IMG/VR virus record: IMGVR_UViG_3300013102_000002 | Coordinates: 32,001-96,000 of that record | Length of the DNA: 64,000 bases | Strand: one strand, 5' to 3' | Source: a virus | Part shown: one piece after another, positions 9,486 to 19,665 of the stretch | Position numbering within the stretch: position 1 is the first letter of the stretch | How the letters are laid out: each line of letters begins with the position of its first letter | Notes under the pieces: generated by a model | Told to the model about the DNA's origin: nothing | The model's input: only the letters and a program-made list of their open reading frames with translations | The model's database searches: none | Made by a program: the position numbers and the translations under genes

Positions 9486-9972
9486 CAGAATCAACTTCAA
9501 TGTTTTCGGCTGTTTTTGCTTCTTGTAATGCTGCTTGAATTGCAAGCTCTGCTGTTGCTTCGCCAATGCCTTTTGATACTTGTTCAAGTTTGGCTTTTAC
9601 TTTCTCAATCTGATCCTTTGGAATATGATTATATACTTCGACTAGGATTCCATTATCAAGCAGATTATGTGTAAATTTAATCAAGTTAGGAATATCATTT
9701 TTCTTTGGGATAGGAAGGTCGGTGAACTCTCTAAGAATCAATGTATCCAAGAGTACAACAGTATTCTTAATTGTTTCATTTGTTACATTTTCGCTTTTCT
9801 TTAAGTCTTCGAGCAGTCCAATGTAAGTCATAACCACATTCTCAATCAGTGACTCACGGAAACTAGTGTAGATTGATACTTCATATTGACCATCAAGAAT
9901 ATGTACTTTTTTAAGTTCATTGAATTTTGAACTAAGTTTATTTAACTCAGCAGCGGTAAGTTTTTTAGTCAT
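9475..9972 (-). CDS. Putative tail assembly chaperone
   Basis: 165-aa ORF directly after the tail tube gene. Confidence 0.5.
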   Translation of the reverse strand: MTKKLTAAELNKLSSKFNELKKVHILDGQYEVSIYTSFRESLIENVVMTYIGLLEDLKKSENVTNETIKNTVVLLDTLILREFTDLPIPKKNDIPNLIKFTHNLLDNGILVEVYNHIPKDQIEKVKAKLEQVSKGIGEATAELAIQAALQEAKTAENIEVDSDEL

Positions 9973-10069
9973 TTATTTGTTCACTCCCATTAAATATATT
10001 TAGTGTCAATAAGACACTTAGTACAGACTTCTTAAAATAAAAAATCTCTATATCGTGTCTCAGAAAGAA

Positions 10070-10113
10070 AAAAATAGGGAAAAGACAGCATTTTAGCCGA
10101 CTTCTCCCTATTG
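10070..10113 (-). terminator. Terminator after the tail tube gene
   Basis: AATAGGGA...TCCCTATT stem with a T-run on the minus strand. Confidence 0.55.
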
Positions 10114-10127
10114 TATTTTTATTACTT

Positions 10128-11120
10128 TTATGCAGAAGTCACTTGGATATAATCCTTAATGCCTGTTGCCGTGTGCGTTACCGTAATCAAACTCGTACCA
10201 GCCGCAACACGTGTGACCAAGCCACTTGAGTTGACTGTGCAAGTAGCAGTAGTTCCAGAAACATATGTGCAATCAGCGGCAGGAATAATTGTGTTTGCGT
10301 AAATGCCACCACGAACGCCATAAACGGTAATCTGCGATGTTGTAGTAGTAGTGGACAGAGACATGGTAGATGGAATTGCTGCAATTGCCTGATAGCTTGC
10401 GGTCGATGCAGCAATTGGCTTAATATACACATAAGCATAAGCATTATCGGAAGGATTAATCAGTGCCATTCCATCCAATTTACTTGTACTTACACCACTA
10501 GCGGTAAACTCAAGCGAGAAGTTACCGGAAACCTTGAACTGAGGGATTACACATTGCCATACAGCAGATTGACCAGCAGCATTAAAAATTTTAGCTGTCA
10601 TAGTCAACTCATAAGCAGCAGGTACGCCATCAGCCGACACTTCGATGTAGTCAACAGTAGAAGTTGCACGATAACTAACTTTAACAGTAGTATTTCCACC
10701 ACCAGAAACTGCGAACGTGCTGCCAGTAGGAGTTACAGTGATCAACGAATTGTCTGCTTTTTGTACATATACATTTCCTACTGGTGTTCCAGAAACAGTA
10801 CCAGAACCAGAAGAGAGAGTAACTACTTCATCTTGTACATAGAATGGTTTTGCTGCCGAAACAATACTCGTACCATTAGAAATTGCCATATATGTTTCAT
10901 CAAAACGACAATCCTCAATAGTAACATCGAGCTTCTTTTCAAAATTGTAAACATATTGCAGGGCGTTACCAAAACCGCCTCGTACTTCCTGGCTATTCAT
11001 GGTTTGATTCAAAGCAGAACTGATGAGTGTCTTACCCTTAAGTACAATTAGGTCTGCCGTAGTGTCGCGCAATTGAACGTCACATACTGATACCAAAAAC
11101 TGTTGGTTGTTAGCCGCCAT
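10128..11120 (-). CDS. Major tail (tube) protein with C-terminal Ig-like domain
   Basis: 330 aa, Ser/Thr-rich, EVRGGFGN motif, Big_2-like C-terminus (ATCTVNSSGLVTRVAAGTSLITVT); AGGAGG RBS and own terminator. Confidence 0.75.
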   Translation of the reverse strand: MAANNQQFLVSVCDVQLRDTTADLIVLKGKTLISSALNQTMNSQEVRGGFGNALQYVYNFEKKLDVTIEDCRFDETYMAISNGTSIVSAAKPFYVQDEVVTLSSGSGTVSGTPVGNVYVQKADNSLITVTPTGSTFAVSGGGNTTVKVSYRATSTVDYIEVSADGVPAAYELTMTAKIFNAAGQSAVWQCVIPQFKVSGNFSLEFTASGVSTSKLDGMALINPSDNAYAYVYIKPIAASTASYQAIAAIPSTMSLSTTTTTSQITVYGVRGGIYANTIIPAADCTYVSGTTATCTVNSSGLVTRVAAGTSLITVTHTATGIKDYIQVTSA

Positions 11121-11175
11121 TATTCATCCTCCTAGATAGTTAAAACGTTATATTTACTTTATAAATTGAAATGAA

Positions 11176-11901
11176 CTATGATTTGAAAATATCTCCGTCT
11201 GAAGTAATTTTCTTGAACTGAGATTCAGTCATAGTTACATCTGCATATTTTGCTTTTTCTTCTACATGAGACAACCAATGTTCTATTTCGTCTGATTTTC
11301 CGTTCTCGGCCAACAGAGCAGCATATGTATCAAAATTCTTAATGATCGAATATCTTTCTAATGTTTTATTGAATTGATAGATAGTATATTCTTTTATTTC
11401 TTTATATGGTCGTTTTGATAGACAATGAAGTGTAACTATTCTTTCCTCTAGCGTGGGCGGACTGCCGTTTTTCCTAGATAGAAATTCTTCTGCTTCCATT
11501 AATGTTTGTTCCATTTCTGGATCTAACATATCATCATCAATTTTAATCATATTCATTTCAAGAATTACTTTTTTGATTTCATCAAATTCATATCCATCAA
11601 ATACAACATCATTAATTTGCAATAGAATGCGTGATTCATCATATAAGAAACCATATTTTGCTCCGTTAAGAACTAGGCTTAAAACCTTGTCTAATTTATC
11701 CAAAACATGTTGTTCACCAGTTTGTGATGCCACGACAAATAAAAAATCAAGATATGTCATCTTGATTATACGGATGTCCTGCATTCTATTTTTTTGAAAC
11801 AATAGACACTGAACTGAGTCATAGAATTCATCAATATCTTTCATGGTGATGGGAAATATCTCAATACCTTTAACGAATCTTGTTTCTCCCCATATTTGCA
11901 T
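11176..11901 (-). CDS. Phage structural/assembly protein
   Basis: 241-aa ORF in the head-tail operon. Confidence 0.6.
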   Translation of the reverse strand: MQIWGETRFVKGIEIFPITMKDIDEFYDSVQCLLFQKNRMQDIRIIKMTYLDFLFVVASQTGEQHVLDKLDKVLSLVLNGAKYGFLYDESRILLQINDVVFDGYEFDEIKKVILEMNMIKIDDDMLDPEMEQTLMEAEEFLSRKNGSPPTLEERIVTLHCLSKRPYKEIKEYTIYQFNKTLERYSIIKNFDTYAALLAENGKSDEIEHWLSHVEEKAKYADVTMTESQFKKITSDGDIFKS

Positions 11902-12432
11902 TTAAACCGACCTCACCTCTGGATATATTTCATATCCTGAAAAGTAAGTGTTGTAACTGTATAGTCTAATGGGTTTATCTACATAAACAAGTCCTATTGA
12001 TTCGATGTCTGCTCCATGAATTTCCTTTAATATTTCCTGTATCATGATCAAAGGTCTCATACGACCCTCATCCATCAACCAAATTTGATTGCTTGAGATT
12101 ACCTGAATAGCAAAGCAAGTATTGGACATTACGAAGTTATTTGGTGAGAACTCTCTTATAAATATTCGAATCTCACTTTTTTCTTCATCTACAGATGATA
12201 AATTGAAAGGAGTGAAAGATATTCTTATTTGCTTTGGATCTGAATTATCATACAAGGAATTTATTTCTTCTTGTGTAAGATCTGGACTATACATTGCATC
12301 CTTGGTTGGATATTTTAAACATTTCATCAAAGTCTGATTCTGAGTCAATTTCATAAATATATTCTTGATTAGAACATCAGAGTTTTCCAAAGTGAAATAA
12401 TTATTCATTTCATTCTCCTTTCTAGTAGACAC
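11902..12432 (-). CDS. Putative tail terminator/head-tail protein
   Basis: 176-aa ORF (likely start MNNYF), operon position. Confidence 0.5.
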   Translation of the reverse strand: MSTRKENEMNNYFTLENSDVLIKNIFMKLTQNQTLMKCLKYPTKDAMYSPDLTQEEINSLYDNSDPKQIRISFTPFNLSSVDEEKSEIRIFIREFSPNNFVMSNTCFAIQVISSNQIWLMDEGRMRPLIMIQEILKEIHGADIESIGLVYVDKPIRLYSYNTYFSGYEIYPEVRSV

Positions 12433-13681
12433 TCTTAATTTGAATTCTCTTATTTACAGAAAGTGATAATTCGCCGCACGTAGCAACCAATCTAACAAAA
12501 CTTGTAGTTTGTGGACTCAGATATTTTAACCCTTTAATGACACAAGAGTTTCCTGTTTGAGTGGTTATTTGTGCAAGGTCAGTAAATGAGTCTGAAGCAT
12601 CATTAACCAAACTCCATAAAACAGTCTTCGTGTTATCTGGTATAGAATTGTTATAAATAACTACGGAATACGATTGTGACTGAGTGACCTTACAAATATC
12701 AGCACCAGTGATTGCAATTGAATAATTATTTGTAATTACATTAGAAATAGACAACAGAATCGAAGTGTGTATGCTAGGATGATCTGTCAAAGATGCTGTT
12801 ATGGTGACTTCACCATCTGTCAACATTTCTACAACTCCAGACTCAGAAACAGTAGCGACTGCTTCATTAGAAGAGGAGTAAGTAATAGGTAGATTTGTTG
12901 AAACAACCGATCCGTTTTTCATGTCTTTAGCGTCAATACTTAACTGTAACGCATCTCCGACACTAGCAACGGCTGACTCTCCATTTAAAATCTTTATGGA
13001 ATAAGAGTGGATATTTTCATAATAATCAGCTATTCTTAAGTCCATATTATCAGTATCTTTATTATAAAACCCTTCTTCGAGCGTTAAATTAATTATCCCA
13101 TCAATCAAACGATCTACCGATGTTACCCTCCAACCTCGTCCATCAAGAATAAATCGCTTATCTTTTTCAATCTTTCTTGACCATTCATTATTCTGAATGG
13201 TGATATTTCTACGTTCGTTGGGCATAATAATTACTTTGCCATCAGTTATACCAAAATTAGTGGCGGAGTCTGATTTAAAGCAGAACCATGACTCTCTAAT
13301 ATCGCCATTTTCGTCTAGCCATTTAATTGACGAATAGCAACGAATCATTGTTCCTCTATCATACATATCTCCAAGTTGATGATCGTTTTGGACAGTGAGC
13401 CAATATTCGTTATTCCAGAAATATAAATATCCCACATTCACAGATTGACCAGGAATAGCAGTTACTATTTTTTGAGATTTAGTATCACTATCATCAGTAA
13501 TCCAAACATCTGATTGAGTAGAGGTGAGAGGAGAGAAGGGAGTCAAGAGTAAAATATTATAGTAAGAAGGGTTATTGTAAAAAGAACCAACAATCTTTGC
13601 TTTTGTAGAGTTAATTCGGATATCTCGTATACTGCTACCATAATCTTCGTTTCTTTGATTGAATATATCTATATAAGACAT
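12422..13681 (-). CDS. Head-closure-like protein with Ig-like (Big_2) domain
   Basis: ITYSSSNEAVATVSESGVVEMLTDGEVTITAS Ig motif; head-tail position. Confidence 0.65.
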   Translation of the reverse strand: MSYIDIFNQRNEDYGSSIRDIRINSTKAKIVGSFYNNPSYYNILLLTPFSPLTSTQSDVWITDDSDTKSQKIVTAIPGQSVNVGYLYFWNNEYWLTVQNDHQLGDMYDRGTMIRCYSSIKWLDENGDIRESWFCFKSDSATNFGITDGKVIIMPNERRNITIQNNEWSRKIEKDKRFILDGRGWRVTSVDRLIDGIINLTLEEGFYNKDTDNMDLRIADYYENIHSYSIKILNGESAVASVGDALQLSIDAKDMKNGSVVSTNLPITYSSSNEAVATVSESGVVEMLTDGEVTITASLTDHPSIHTSILLSISNVITNNYSIAITGADICKVTQSQSYSVVIYNNSIPDNTKTVLWSLVNDASDSFTDLAQITTQTGNSCVIKGLKYLSPQTTSFVRLVATCGELSLSVNKRIQIKSVY

Positions 13682-13705
13682 GCTTCACCACCTTTTTAGT
13701 GGTTG

Positions 13706-14140
13706 TTATTTCAATTTATCTGTGCCAAAGAAATTGTAAGTATAATCTACAATCATCTTCGATATCTCTTTTTTTCTATCCGTTCTAAGTACGAGCAACT
13801 TTTCCAAATGATTTGCTTGACTCGTCATTGCAAATTCCCTAGATGTCATTGCTTGCTCAATTAAACTGAGATTGACTATTTGAGAACTCAGATATTCAAC
13901 AACCATTAAATTACCCAATATCTGAACCTCATCTAAACTCAATTCAATATTAAAAGTCAAATTAGAATCATCGCGATCATTTAAATCCTGCAAACATCTT
14001 CTGAATTTTGGAATAGAATTAAGCAAGTATTGAAAAGATATTGCTTCTCGAACAGACGAGGCGTTGAATATTGGATCATTTATTTGAGATTGAAATACTG
14101 TGAAAATTTCAGTATAAACAGTTGGGGTCATCAAAGACAC
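13706..14140 (-). CDS. Putative head-tail adaptor
   Basis: 144 aa, SQANHLEKL motif, two genes after the capsid. Confidence 0.55.
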   Translation of the reverse strand: MSLMTPTVYTEIFTVFQSQINDPIFNASSVREAISFQYLLNSIPKFRRCLQDLNDRDDSNLTFNIELSLDEVQILGNLMVVEYLSSQIVNLSLIEQAMTSREFAMTSQANHLEKLLVLRTDRKKEISKMIVDYTYNFFGTDKLK

Positions 14141-14143
14141 CCC

Positions 14144-14659
14144 TTATCGTCTAGGATTTTCGATATCAATATCAGCGTTGAGTTTATCTTGAATCAAGTT
14201 GATGATATGGGTATCAGTCAGTTCTTTTGATTCATATTTTTCTCTGGCTTTTCCTAAAATGAGAGATTTAACTCCAGTTGTTGCATTATCAAGAATGACA
14301 CTTAATTCTTCGACCGATTTTTGTAACATCAAATCAATTTCATCTGGAAGAATAGAATTTTTATAATGTGCATCAATCTTAAGATGTGAAATAACGTCAA
14401 GTTGATCTTCAGGAAAAATGATCCAATTCTCTTTAAAGAATACTGACTGCTGTGCTTTCATTTCTTTCAGTTCTTTAATAGTAAGTTCTTGTTCGTCCCC
14501 TTGTGCTCCCCACTCTCTGATAACATTTGAGGTAGATTTATAATACAAGAGACCCTTACAATTGCTGAGGACGGTTACGTTTGTGTCATCTGTAATTTTT
14601 CTAACTACTTTCTTTTTTGTTGCAACCTCAGTTGTCGCTTCAATATTTTTTTCAGCCAT
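14144..14659 (-). CDS. Conserved phage protein downstream of the capsid gene
   Basis: 171-aa ORF, GGGAG RBS. Confidence 0.7.
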   Translation of the reverse strand: MAEKNIEATTEVATKKKVVRKITDDTNVTVLSNCKGLLYYKSTSNVIREWGAQGDEQELTIKELKEMKAQQSVFFKENWIIFPEDQLDVISHLKIDAHYKNSILPDEIDLMLQKSVEELSVILDNATTGVKSLILGKAREKYESKELTDTHIINLIQDKLNADIDIENPRR

Positions 14660-14733
14660 TTTTACTCTCCCTTTTTACATTATTTTTAGGAGAGATTATA
14701 AAAACTCTCTCCTAAATTGTTTTTATATATTTA

Positions 14734-15726
14734 TTACGAAGGAATGTATACACCATATTTAGTTGAAGTCAGTACAGATACACCATATTTCTTCTTGAAT
14801 GTGTATTCTACGCTATCATCAGCATTAGCATTGTTGTCGTTCGAAGATTGAACGATTTCCGGTTCTCCTTCAAGTACAAGTTTAACAATCTTTTCTTCAG
14901 TAGTTGGAAGAACCAACAGGAAGTTGCCAATTGCAAAAGTATCAGTACCAGGAATATGGGATTGTTTAAGTTCGTAGAAATTACGACCATCTACAACTTT
15001 GAAGAATCCGTCTTTATTACGATCAGCAACAACCTGACCGTTATAGGCAACATAAGAAGGAACGGCCTTCTGCAAGCTCAGTTTTTGACCAACAACCATA
15101 GCTTCGCGTTGGGTAGCTGCTTCAACATGCATCATCAGAGTGTTGAACTGAGTCAGATCCCAAGTTCCTGTATATGTATAAGGAGCAGAAAGAGCGCTAT
15201 AGCCAGTAACGATTGCTGCACCAATATCTGCACCAATTTGAGCATTAAAAGAAGCTTGAACTTTAGAGATCAGTTTAGCCCAATCCACTTTACCGGAAAG
15301 GAAACGTTCCAATTCTTCATAAATCTTAATCCCTTTGTACGCAGTAGGCACAGTATTGCCAGTGCGTTCCAGTCTCTGACGGCGAAGTGCATTAGTGCCA
15401 GAAGCAATTGTTGCTACGTTAAACAAGTGATAATCATCTACCATAAATACGGGACGATCTCCGTGAGCCACATTGCGGTAGTCTACGAAATCAGCAAATT
15501 GGTCTTCAATACCTTCAGTAATCAAAACATCAAGAATGTCTTCCATTACAGTAAACAATTTATGTCCGTTTGCTCGGAACGCACGTTTCATATTTTTTTC
15601 TTCACCTAGAATTTCAGTGAAGATTGCACGAAGAGATTCTTCTGCCTCGGATTTAGAGAAATTGCCCAGTTGTCCTTTTGCCAAGTCGATCCCAAGATCA
15701 ACAATTTTATTTCTATCAGTAGTCAT
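14734..15726 (-). CDS. Major capsid protein
   Basis: About 330 aa from ATG 15726 after AAGGAGG; follows scaffold and decoration genes; followed by a hairpin. Confidence 0.75.
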   Translation of the reverse strand: MTTDRNKIVDLGIDLAKGQLGNFSKSEAEESLRAIFTEILGEEKNMKRAFRANGHKLFTVMEDILDVLITEGIEDQFADFVDYRNVAHGDRPVFMVDDYHLFNVATIASGTNALRRQRLERTGNTVPTAYKGIKIYEELERFLSGKVDWAKLISKVQASFNAQIGADIGAAIVTGYSALSAPYTYTGTWDLTQFNTLMMHVEAATQREAMVVGQKLSLQKAVPSYVAYNGQVVADRNKDGFFKVVDGRNFYELKQSHIPGTDTFAIGNFLLVLPTTEEKIVKLVLEGEPEIVQSSNDNNANADDSVEYTFKKKYGVSVLTSTKYGVYIPS

Positions 15727-15757
15727 CTTAAATATATCCTCCTTAGTATGTTGAAAA

Positions 15758-16249
15758 TTAGTTTGCAAGTACTTCGATTACAGATGCTGCTTGACCATAA
15801 ATGGTTGTTTTTTCGATAACTTTACCGATAAATTTAGTAGTCGTAGGAAGCGAAGCGGAGATTGCAAGCAGCGAGGAAGCATTTGCTGGCATTACATATT
15901 GACCAACAACGGTAGTTCCTGTGATCATGATGTCTGTAATGGTAATCAAATCACCATTTTTAGTTTTAATTCCGCGACCTGGGGCACCACTTGGAGTAAA
16001 ATAGTCGAGCAATGTTTGACCAGCCAGATAAACTACTTCTGGACTTGCTGCGATATACAAAGACTTACCTGCAAGCGTTGCTGTTACTGGTTGGACTGGT
16101 GTAAATAGTTCGCGTTCACCAGTCACCAAATCTTCTGCGAAAAATACTGAACCATTCTGTGTATCTGCTGTTGCCTTAAAAGAAATCAAACCATTGCCTG
16201 TTTTTACTGCGTCAACCTTATCTAGACGAACTGCGCCTTGTACCGCCAT
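15758..16249 (-). CDS. Head decoration/capsid-associated protein
   Basis: 163-aa beta-rich ORF between scaffold and capsid genes; AGGAGG RBS. Confidence 0.6.
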   Translation of the reverse strand: MAVQGAVRLDKVDAVKTGNGLISFKATADTQNGSVFFAEDLVTGERELFTPVQPVTATLAGKSLYIAASPEVVYLAGQTLLDYFTPSGAPGRGIKTKNGDLITITDIMITGTTVVGQYVMPANASSLLAISASLPTTTKFIGKVIEKTTIYGQAASVIEVLAN

Positions 16250-16373
16250 TTTTAAGTCCTCCTAATATTTGTATGTTTTTTTGAAATACAAAAAAGCGCG
16301 AGATCATTTCCCGCACCAATGATAAAAATATATAATATAATTTGATACGTTTCACAACGAACAAACTAATAAA

Positions 16374-18071
16374 TTAATCTACTTCTTTTTTAATAATGAT
16401 GTCTGCATATGATTTGTCCGAGACTGTCTTGGTCTGAGAATTGTCAACAATAGAATAGCGAATCGGTTTTTCTGCTTCTTCAGTTTTGCTGAAGTTTTGA
16501 GTAGGAACTTTTCTAGTTTTTCTACCAAGAATCACACAAAGTTTATCTTCAATTTCTTGAAGTGAAAAATTAGCGCTATCTTCCTTAACTATTGAAATCT
16601 CTTCTTCAGTTAAAGACGTAGAGAAAGATTCGAATAATTCTGCTTCTGCCTTTTCGCGTTCGATTTGAGTCTTCTTAGCCAATTCTCCATCTGTTGCTTG
16701 AAACTTCAGTTCCAGATCAGAATACTTAGCCTGTAGATTTTCAATGTTTATATTCAATTCTGCGATAGTTCTCTGTTTATCTTCTTCGAATTTCTTGGTG
16801 AGCTGCTTTTCTTTTGCATTAATCATGAAATCTGATTTTGATTTTGAAATTCCATCTAGAGCAGAATACATGCTATCAATATCTTCATTCATATCCATTG
16901 CCATTGGTACAAAATCGGACTTATATCTAACAATGGAAGAGGTATTGATTTCTACAGCATCACCCACCATAGTAAATGGAGCACCAACCATATAACACTC
17001 TTTACAATCCCAAGCAATAACAATATTTTCTACGGTCTTATTATCAATATAGGAATATCTAGGGTATGTATAAACTTCATCCCAATATACTTCTGTTAGG
17101 GTTTCGATTTCACACAGTTTTCTGTAAAGTTCGTTCTCTAATTGCTCAGATGTTAAAGAAAAATCTTCTTTGTTATTGATATCATTATCCTTCTCAAACA
17201 TTTCCTGAATTTTTGCTTCTAGGTCTTCAATAGAGAATTCAGAATAAACAATTTCTTTTATAATAAGATCTGCCTCAGTTAAACTATATTTTTGCAATAG
17301 TGATAAAATATCTTCTGGCACTTTCCTAAAACCTCCTTCTTTTAAATCTTCTGCAACATTACTTTCTAAATGTTGCATGTTTTTCAGCGAAAAATTAAGT
17401 TGTTTTAACATCTCAAAGAATGAATCTTCGAATGAAGATGTAGAATATTGTTCTAATTGAGCCATTGGAAAACAAGGGGTAACAGTGCTTCCTAATGCAG
17501 CAACGGCTTCAAATGTAAATGAATTTATTTTATAGCAACCAGCATCCTTGGAGTATCCACCCTTAATATTGTTGATCTCCATTGAAACCTTTGGCTCTAT
17601 TCCTTTACTCATCCATTCTTGAATTTTCTGTGTAGCTTCATATCTTTTCCATAAAAAAACGTTATCAACAACGACATAGGTTTTAATATCTGGAGATTTT
17701 TCCGATCCTTCGTTTACTTCTTCAAAAGAAACATTCGCATCAGAACCAATAACTCCAATAGGATAAGTGTCATTCTTGATTGTTAGGTTTCCATCTTTGT
17801 CGGTTGTTAAATATGGATTGTGTCCTTCTAAATCACCATCTGAACCGTAGATGTCTTCATCTTCTGTATATTTAGCAACAATAGGTTTATTAAAGATGGT
17901 AGGTTTAGCAATTTCAAATGCTTCTTTTGTAATGCTAGAACCATTCCGATTGTCTCCAAAGGCAAATACTTTCATTTTAACCTGAAGAAACGAGTCATCA
18001 AAGTTCTTGATATTTTCAAAACTTGCCTTCAAAGAAAGTTTTTTTTCGTCTATCAGTTTACTCACCTCCAA
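16374..18071 (-). CDS. Prohead protease/scaffold protein (YonD-like)
   Basis: GDNRNGS...KPIVA...VSMEI...ALG...PCF N-terminal domain plus acidic coiled-coil C-terminus; directly after the portal gene. Confidence 0.7.
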   Translation of the reverse strand: MEVSKLIDEKKLSLKASFENIKNFDDSFLQVKMKVFAFGDNRNGSSITKEAFEIAKPTIFNKPIVAKYTEDEDIYGSDGDLEGHNPYLTTDKDGNLTIKNDTYPIGVIGSDANVSFEEVNEGSEKSPDIKTYVVVDNVFLWKRYEATQKIQEWMSKGIEPKVSMEINNIKGGYSKDAGCYKINSFTFEAVAALGSTVTPCFPMAQLEQYSTSSFEDSFFEMLKQLNFSLKNMQHLESNVAEDLKEGGFRKVPEDILSLLQKYSLTEADLIIKEIVYSEFSIEDLEAKIQEMFEKDNDINNKEDFSLTSEQLENELYRKLCEIETLTEVYWDEVYTYPRYSYIDNKTVENIVIAWDCKECYMVGAPFTMVGDAVEINTSSIVRYKSDFVPMAMDMNEDIDSMYSALDGISKSKSDFMINAKEKQLTKKFEEDKQRTIAELNINIENLQAKYSDLELKFQATDGELAKKTQIEREKAEAELFESFSTSLTEEEISIVKEDSANFSLQEIEDKLCVILGRKTRKVPTQNFSKTEEAEKPIRYSIVDNSQTKTVSDKSYADIIIKKEVD

Positions 18072-18092
18072 TCAAGACGATATAAAATGCTG

Positions 18093-19613
18093 CTACTTTC
18101 TCGTTTCAGGATTATTGCTATCATTTTCAATAGTTTTTTCTCCTGCTTCAGATAAAGGTTTCTTACTCTTTGGTCTTCCGTTTTCATCTCCTGCAATAGT
18201 ATGAGCAGACTGTAAAGGAATCCACTTTTCTTGAAGATTTAGTATCTCATTTTCCAAGAATGCATTTGCATATCCACTAGAAGCTTTTCCGCCAAGTGCT
18301 GCGTTAATAACCATTTTATTAGGTATCCCACTATTTGCAGCGGCGGACTGAGAAGTTATAAATTCATCTATATTAAACACAGATGTTTTTAACATTCTGA
18401 CTCTAAAATTTGAGTAAGCAGGGAATTGACCAAGATATTTATTGATCCATCTTTCTATTTGGTTCAGCATCAAAAAAGCCTTTGCTTCATCTGCTTGCAG
18501 CGCCTTAGATAATGAGGCAGATGTGGATTTGTCGTTACTGCTGAATAGTAACTGAGACACCCCCGCATCAGACCAGTATTGAGCGGTTGCCTCACTTACC
18601 TTATTTCTATCAATGGAGTCTTTTTCAAATGTAATATCCGAAACGTCCATTGGAGATGTGATAATAGCAACTTGTTTTGGTAGGTTTGATTGAATATTTT
18701 CATGAAATTGAGCCGCAACATCTGCTGTAATAAGAAACTTATTTTCTTCACTATTCTTATCGTCAATAGGTATTTTTTGAAATAGTAATTTAGAGTTTCC
18801 CAATTCGGCTTCAGCCTTTTCCAGCGCTTTGAAATCAGCAATATTCAATGCTGCCTCAAATGTTCCAACAAAGGGGGGAAGGAAGTTCCAATTCGTTTCA
18901 TCATGCTTTATACATATAACATTGGTTGGTTCCAGTTCATACCAAAAGAAAGAGCTTCTTCTTTTAATATCACCTTTTACTCTGTCGTAAGCATCTCTAA
19001 ATTCTTGAGGATACATTCTCAATCTCTCTGGATACACAAAGAAATAAGTTAAATTAAAACTCAAGAAGTACAAACCATCTTCAACATATGTAATTTTTGT
19101 ATAATCATTATCAAGTTGTTGAAAGAAAAAACTTTCTTTGTTTTGGTGAACATATCCACAATAAACACCTTCGCGCCAAACAACTTGTAAAACTTTTGAA
19201 AACTCATGTTTAATATTCATCAACTCAACTTGATTGACGGTATTATAGTATTGATTCTCAAATGATTTTTTATTAACCTTTTTTGGGTTGAAATTTTTAG
19301 GCTCAACTATATGGTCTAAAGTTGTGAGCGAAGAGAAATGATCACAGGAAAGTCTATATTGAGAAGAAACGTTATATAAATATTTACTTATTCTTCTGAG
19401 TTGCTTTTGATTAGCATCAATCTCTGGTGCTTGCAAATATTTACGCAAATCTTCTCTCTTAAATGTTCCAATTAATTGCTCTTTTAAGCGATACGGATAA
19501 GTCTCTAAGTTAATTAATTCTAACTTTTGAAAGTGAGCATGAAGTTTTTTAGCATATTGTTCTTTTAATTCTTCTTCCGTATACTCTGGAGAAGATTTAT
19601 TTTCATTAACCAT
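18093..19613 (-). CDS. Portal protein (YonE-like)
   Basis: 506 aa after terminase; AGVSQLLF and C-terminal PLQSAHT...GRP motifs. Confidence 0.8.
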   Translation of the reverse strand: MVNENKSSPEYTEEELKEQYAKKLHAHFQKLELINLETYPYRLKEQLIGTFKREDLRKYLQAPEIDANQKQLRRISKYLYNVSSQYRLSCDHFSSLTTLDHIVEPKNFNPKKVNKKSFENQYYNTVNQVELMNIKHEFSKVLQVVWREGVYCGYVHQNKESFFFQQLDNDYTKITYVEDGLYFLSFNLTYFFVYPERLRMYPQEFRDAYDRVKGDIKRRSSFFWYELEPTNVICIKHDETNWNFLPPFVGTFEAALNIADFKALEKAEAELGNSKLLFQKIPIDDKNSEENKFLITADVAAQFHENIQSNLPKQVAIITSPMDVSDITFEKDSIDRNKVSEATAQYWSDAGVSQLLFSSNDKSTSASLSKALQADEAKAFLMLNQIERWINKYLGQFPAYSNFRVRMLKTSVFNIDEFITSQSAAANSGIPNKMVINAALGGKASSGYANAFLENEILNLQEKWIPLQSAHTIAGDENGRPKSKKPLSEAGEKTIENDSNNPETRK

Positions 19614-19665
19614 TTATTCACCTCCAATGCTTATATGGTTTGAGGGGAGAGGATGGAGCAGGGGA

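Noticed and set aside
9486-9587. N-terminal extension of the 9045..9587 ORF as a tail-chaperone programmed frameshift
   Set aside because: The overlap is suggestive, but I could not identify a convincing slippery heptamer, and ATG 9485 explains the downstream gene
14848-15609. 253-aa plus-strand ORF (also 10554..11051+, 15791..16108+, 34848..35366-)
   Set aside because: Antisense to capsid, tail and other clear genes; no RBS and no protein-like features
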